From an uncultured Candidatus Saccharibacteria bacterium (GTDB lineage: Bacteria > Patescibacteriota > Minisyncoccia > Phycocordibacterales > DATDWN01), in assembly GCA_964453075.1 (NCBI GenBank), contig CAYVNM010000002.1:4279-68278 (forward strand): DNA of 64,000 nt, in the 5' to 3' direction. A program made the position numbers and the translations under genes. Shown one piece after another: positions 60,811 through 64,000 of the stretch (position 1 is the stretch's first letter; every line of letters begins with the position of its first letter). The notes beneath the pieces were generated by a model. That model searched no databases and was not told the DNA's origin. It saw only the letters and a list, made by a program, of their open reading frames with translations.

Positions 60811-61196
60811 CAAGCAATTGTATATTTTGCAAAATAGTGAAAGGAGATCTTCCTTCACATCGGGTTTATGAGGATGATAATTTTTTGGCATTTCTAGATA
60901 TCAACCCTGAGTCTCCTGGACACACTTTAGTTATACCGAAAGAACACTACCGCTGGGTATGGGATGTTCCAAATGCCGGAGAGTATTTTGAAGTTACCAA
61001 GAAAATTGCACTGGCACAGAAAAAAGCTTTCAACACTGATTTGGTTATTTCTAGGGTTGTAGGAGAGGAAGTTCACCATGCACACATCTGGGTATTCCCT
61101 GCTTCTTTCAACAAAGGAGAATTTGAAAAGACGGCAGGTGACAAAAAAGACTTCGCTGGAAATGCAGAAAAAATAAAAAAGGAATTGCAAAACTAA
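60780..61196 (+). CDS. HIT-family nucleotide hydrolase (ancestral start probably 60708)
   Basis: CIFCKI, GHTLVIPK, HAHIW triad variant. Confidence 0.9.
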   Translation: MLTNTDTSNGTSNCIFCKIVKGDLPSHRVYEDDNFLAFLDINPESPGHTLVIPKEHYRWVWDVPNAGEYFEVTKKIALAQKKAFNTDLVISRVVGEEVHHAHIWVFPASFNKGEFEKTAGDKKDFAGNAEKIKKELQN

Positions 61197-61951
61197 ATTG
61201 ACTCAACTAGTTTTATTATTTCAATAAAATCTTTTGCTCTTAAACTTTCTCGTCCAACTAAGAGGCCCGAAACATTTCCATCACGAACAAGCGAGTCTGC
61301 GTTGACCCTATCAACATCTCCTCCATAAAGAATTTTCATGCTATCTGAAAAAGTTCCACACAAATCTTTCAAAACTTTTTTAATAAAAATAGAAGTCTCA
61401 AGTAGGTCCCTTGGGCTCATGGACTCCCTCGCTCCGATAGCCCACAAAGGTTCGTAAGCAATAATAACTTTGTCTAACATTTTTTTTGGAACATCTTTGA
61501 GTCCAGACACAATTTGCTGTTTTATGAAATTATAAAAATCTCCATTTTGATCTCTCATCTCCTCCCCTACACAAAGTATGGCCGTCATACCACCACCAAC
61601 TACTGCTCTAACTTTTTTATTTATCAACTCATCACTCTCTCCCATTTTTCTTCTCTCTGAATGTCCGACAATCACATAGTCAACTTTGAAATCTGATAGC
61701 TCCGTGTAGCTCACTTCACCAGTGAAAGGTCCTTGTGACTCATAGTTTGCATTTTGAGCACCCAGAAAAAAATTAGAATCTGAAAGAGAAGTGAGGGGTG
61801 GTAGAAAAACAAAAGGAGGACAAACAACCACATCTGTTTTTTTCAGTTCTCGTGTTGCTCTCTTTACACTCTGCGCTAGTTTTTTTGCTTCATCCAAACT
61901 TTGTGGGTTCATCTTCCAATTTCCCACAACAAGCTTTTTAGATTTCTTCAT
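61193..61951 (-). CDS. tpiA: Triosephosphate isomerase
   Basis: GNWKMN, GHSERR, AYEPLWAIG, LYGG. Confidence 0.96.
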   Translation of the reverse strand: MKKSKKLVVGNWKMNPQSLDEAKKLAQSVKRATRELKKTDVVVCPPFVFLPPLTSLSDSNFFLGAQNANYESQGPFTGEVSYTELSDFKVDYVIVGHSERRKMGESDELINKKVRAVVGGGMTAILCVGEEMRDQNGDFYNFIKQQIVSGLKDVPKKMLDKVIIAYEPLWAIGARESMSPRDLLETSIFIKKVLKDLCGTFSDSMKILYGGDVDRVNADSLVRDGNVSGLLVGRESLRAKDFIEIIKLVESI

Positions 61952-62076
61952 CCCGTTAGAAATAGGAAAGCTTTTTGAAAAACCTTTCCATAGTTACTTA
62001 ATAATAAATGTAAATGATTATGTTTCCCGTTATAACCAGCATCTCTCACAAAATAACAAAATGATTTCTAACGGGA
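61951..62076. repeat. CCCGTTAG/CTAACGGG element (family C) at tpiA start
   Basis: Perfect 13-bp IR TCCCGTTAGAAAT. Confidence 0.85.
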
Positions 62077-62201
62077 CAAGTCCTTACAATTATATCACAA
62101 CAGTTTTTATACGAAAAAACCCGATACAGAGAATCTGTATCGAGTGTGTAGGTAGGGTGCCGAGGCACCCTACCTTGGATGTACTACCCACTGCCCAGGA
62201 A

Positions 62202-62630
62202 CTAGCAAGCGGGCTTGCGAACCCCGAGAAAACGATCGTCCTTGTACCAGCTACCTCTCCACACACCAAGCCCTCGCAAAGAGGAGCAGAACTTGCTGAG
62301 ATATGCCACACAAAGGTCAGTGTGGTCCCAGCAAAATGAGCCCAAAGCGACAATCACGAATTCTCGCTGGATGTGGGGATACTTCGACCCAAAATCCAGA
62401 AGTTCGTGGATGGTTGCCGGTCGGAATCCCAACCTGTCTATCTCCGAGATAGCCTCACTGCGCGAGATGAACCTGTTGAGGTGTATGAGCTCGGCGCTCA
62501 CTTGCACTTCGCCAGTTCCCGTCTTGGGGAAATTCGCCTCGGTGATGCGAAAGTCAACCTTATCGTAATTTCCAGCCGCAACCATGTCGGCCACGGTAAG
62601 ATTGTGGTTAACAACGAGTTCGTACACCAT
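62202..62630 (-). CDS. C-type-lectin-like protein resembling CPR DGR target proteins (cassette-like unit)
   Basis: RPATIHELL, IVALGS, R.L..W...W....RFLGVR; TTGACA-17-TATAAT and AAGGAG. Confidence 0.7.
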   Translation of the reverse strand: MVYELVVNHNLTVADMVAAGNYDKVDFRITEANFPKTGTGEVQVSAELIHLNRFISRSEAISEIDRLGFRPATIHELLDFGSKYPHIQREFVIVALGSFCWDHTDLCVAYLSKFCSSLRGLGVWRGSWYKDDRFLGVRKPAC

Positions 62631-62763
62631 GGTATATCTCCTTGGCTCTGATAGCCGAAGTTGTTGTCAAACTGTTCTGAGTACTATTATACACCTAAAT
62701 AGATAGAATGTCAAGGATTTTATGGTAAAAATGGCAAAAAAGACCTAAAATAGGCCATTTTGC

Positions 62764-62886
62764 TAAAACTTCCAAATTTGGATGAAATCCGACGTGAGAA
62801 ATTAAAAAGGCGAAGAGCCTTACTGTCGTAAGGTGATGAGCATTTTTAATTTGGGAACGAGGAGTTCGCCAAATTTGGAAGTTTTA
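62764..62886 (+). repeat. Nested palindromic element (family A) at stop codon
   Basis: Perfect 18-bp IR TAAAACTTCCAAATTTGG including the TAA. Confidence 0.88.
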
Positions 62887-64000
62887 CCTGATCTCGTCCC
62901 AGGAGACTATTTGGTATTGATCGGAAGTCAGTGGAAAACTCGGAGGCGGACCATACAACAAATTTGCATCATAAGTTATATTTCTAGTGTTATACCCAGT
63001 GCCATCTGTATAAGCAAAACCATAACGTATATTTGTACCTATCATTCCAAATAAAGTTATAGAATTTCTATCATAACCACTACCACAATTAGAAGAATAG
63101 TAATAACGACCAACACGACCATTTTGAGCGATAAGAGCAGCATCTATTCTCAAATCATTCAGACTTCCAAGTCCAGCATTGATGTTACCCTGAGCAATGA
63201 GAGAGATGACATCTTGACCGTCATAGTTTGTGTACAAAAGATTGTTGTTCACAGTAATACTTGGTCTGGTACTTGCATTGTCTGGAAATCTACCTGCAGC
63301 TAGAGTTACACGAGCAGTATTGATTTGTCCTTCTGCCCACACGTTATCCTCCACAAAAATTAATCCATTTGCAGGAATTGGATAATTACCAATAAGAGTT
63401 TGGTTACCACTTCCAGTAGTTCTTATCGTCCACGTCCCCCACCCTGATTGGTTTGCAGAGTTACTACAACCACTAGGAGCAGACATTAAGTTGTTAACTC
63501 TATAAACATCAAATGTGTCATTCGTCTTAAAAAGTATTCTATAACCCAAGGCACCAGAACCGGACAGATATCTCCCACTGGCTTGAGCATCACTTTTTAT
63601 TTGAGCCAAATCTGTAGTCAACCCGACAAAATCTATTGCTGGAACCGGAAAAGATCTACCTATCATAAAAACATCTACACGACTAGCCACTCCGCTTGGA
63701 GGAGCTTCGGCAGCTCTGAACGTATCATTTACTCCACTTCCAGGTGGTGGATTTACATGTGTGTGTACTCCAAACTCCATATTTCCCGAATGGTCTGGAT
63801 CGTCATAAACATCTTTTGCACTAGTAATAATATTATGAGCTATTCCATCAAAACGTATACCTCCATTTGAGTGTATCGGACCAAAAACTTCTGTTCCCTG
63901 ACCAAAGCGCATGCTGTCATTTGCAGCGATAGCATATCTGGCAAAAGAAGGGATAGCCAACTGAACAACTATGGAACGAGAAATGGTTGGGTCCACCAAT
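62884..64000 (-). CDS. 3' part of a large PilX-like/beta-rich surface protein (starts beyond window)
   Basis: GPIHSNG, LIAQ, YDANLLYGPPP.FP, SWDE terminus typical of PilX-like proteins. Confidence 0.65.
   Translation of the reverse strand, partial: LVDPTISRSIVVQLAIPSFARYAIAANDSMRFGQGTEVFGPIHSNGGIRFDGIAHNIITSAKDVYDDPDHSGNMEFGVHTHVNPPPGSGVNDTFRAAEAPPSGVASRVDVFMIGRSFPVPAIDFVGLTTDLAQIKSDAQASGRYLSGSGALGYRILFKTNDTFDVYRVNNLMSAPSGCSNSANQSGWGTWTIRTTGSGNQTLIGNYPIPANGLIFVEDNVWAEGQINTARVTLAAGRFPDNASTRPSITVNNNLLYTNYDGQDVISLIAQGNINAGLGSLNDLRIDAALIAQNGRVGRYYYSSNCGSGYDRNSITLFGMIGTNIRYGFAYTDGTGYNTRNITYDANLLYGPPPSFPLTSDQYQIVSWDEIR

Noticed and set aside
60534-62076. Family C as integron attC sites
   Set aside because: GTTAG precedes CTAAC (opposite of attC order), the sites are at gene starts, and no intI is present

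Overview
AT-rich chromosomal segment, genetic code 11, most genes on the - strand. Gene content and order point to a Patescibacteria/CPR (Parcubacteria-like) genome: no rpmD between rpsE and rplO, a monoderm-type type IV pilus cluster with no pilQ in the window, split comEC, and a DUF5663-like gene; this taxonomy is inference. Core content: ligA, a type IV pilus/competence cluster with four tandem major pilins, comF, mscL, recG, ftsH, smpB and tmRNA, infC-rpmI-rplT, a beta-CASP RNase, 6S RNA, ndk-map-adk-secY, the str/S10/spc ribosomal cluster, rpmB, comEC halves, sod, rnhA, recJ, HIT and tpiA. There are three tRNA genes, two with anticodons rare in bacteria (Ser-ACU, Ile-UAU). The most interesting signal is non-coding. 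(1) A 74-nt covarying structured core sits behind both tRNA-Ile and tmRNA, and its flanks are antisense to each host RNA's own 3' end. (2) Nested palindromes of about 120-160 bp abut the stop codons of tuf, rpsG, rplN, rplB and others. (3) CCCGTTAG...CTAACGGG elements sit at start codons. (4) About 12 small, GC-richer, self-contained gene units (promoter, strong SD, orphan ORF, usually a terminator) break up the ribosomal cluster, and six lie directly behind a class 1 or class 2 element. (5) An exact mimic of the 16S helix-21 S8-binding core lies at the rpsN/rpsH junction. (6) A promoter- and terminator-bounded structured RNA candidate of about 300 nt lies between recJ and rnhA. All alignments and folds were done by eye; no databases were searched.
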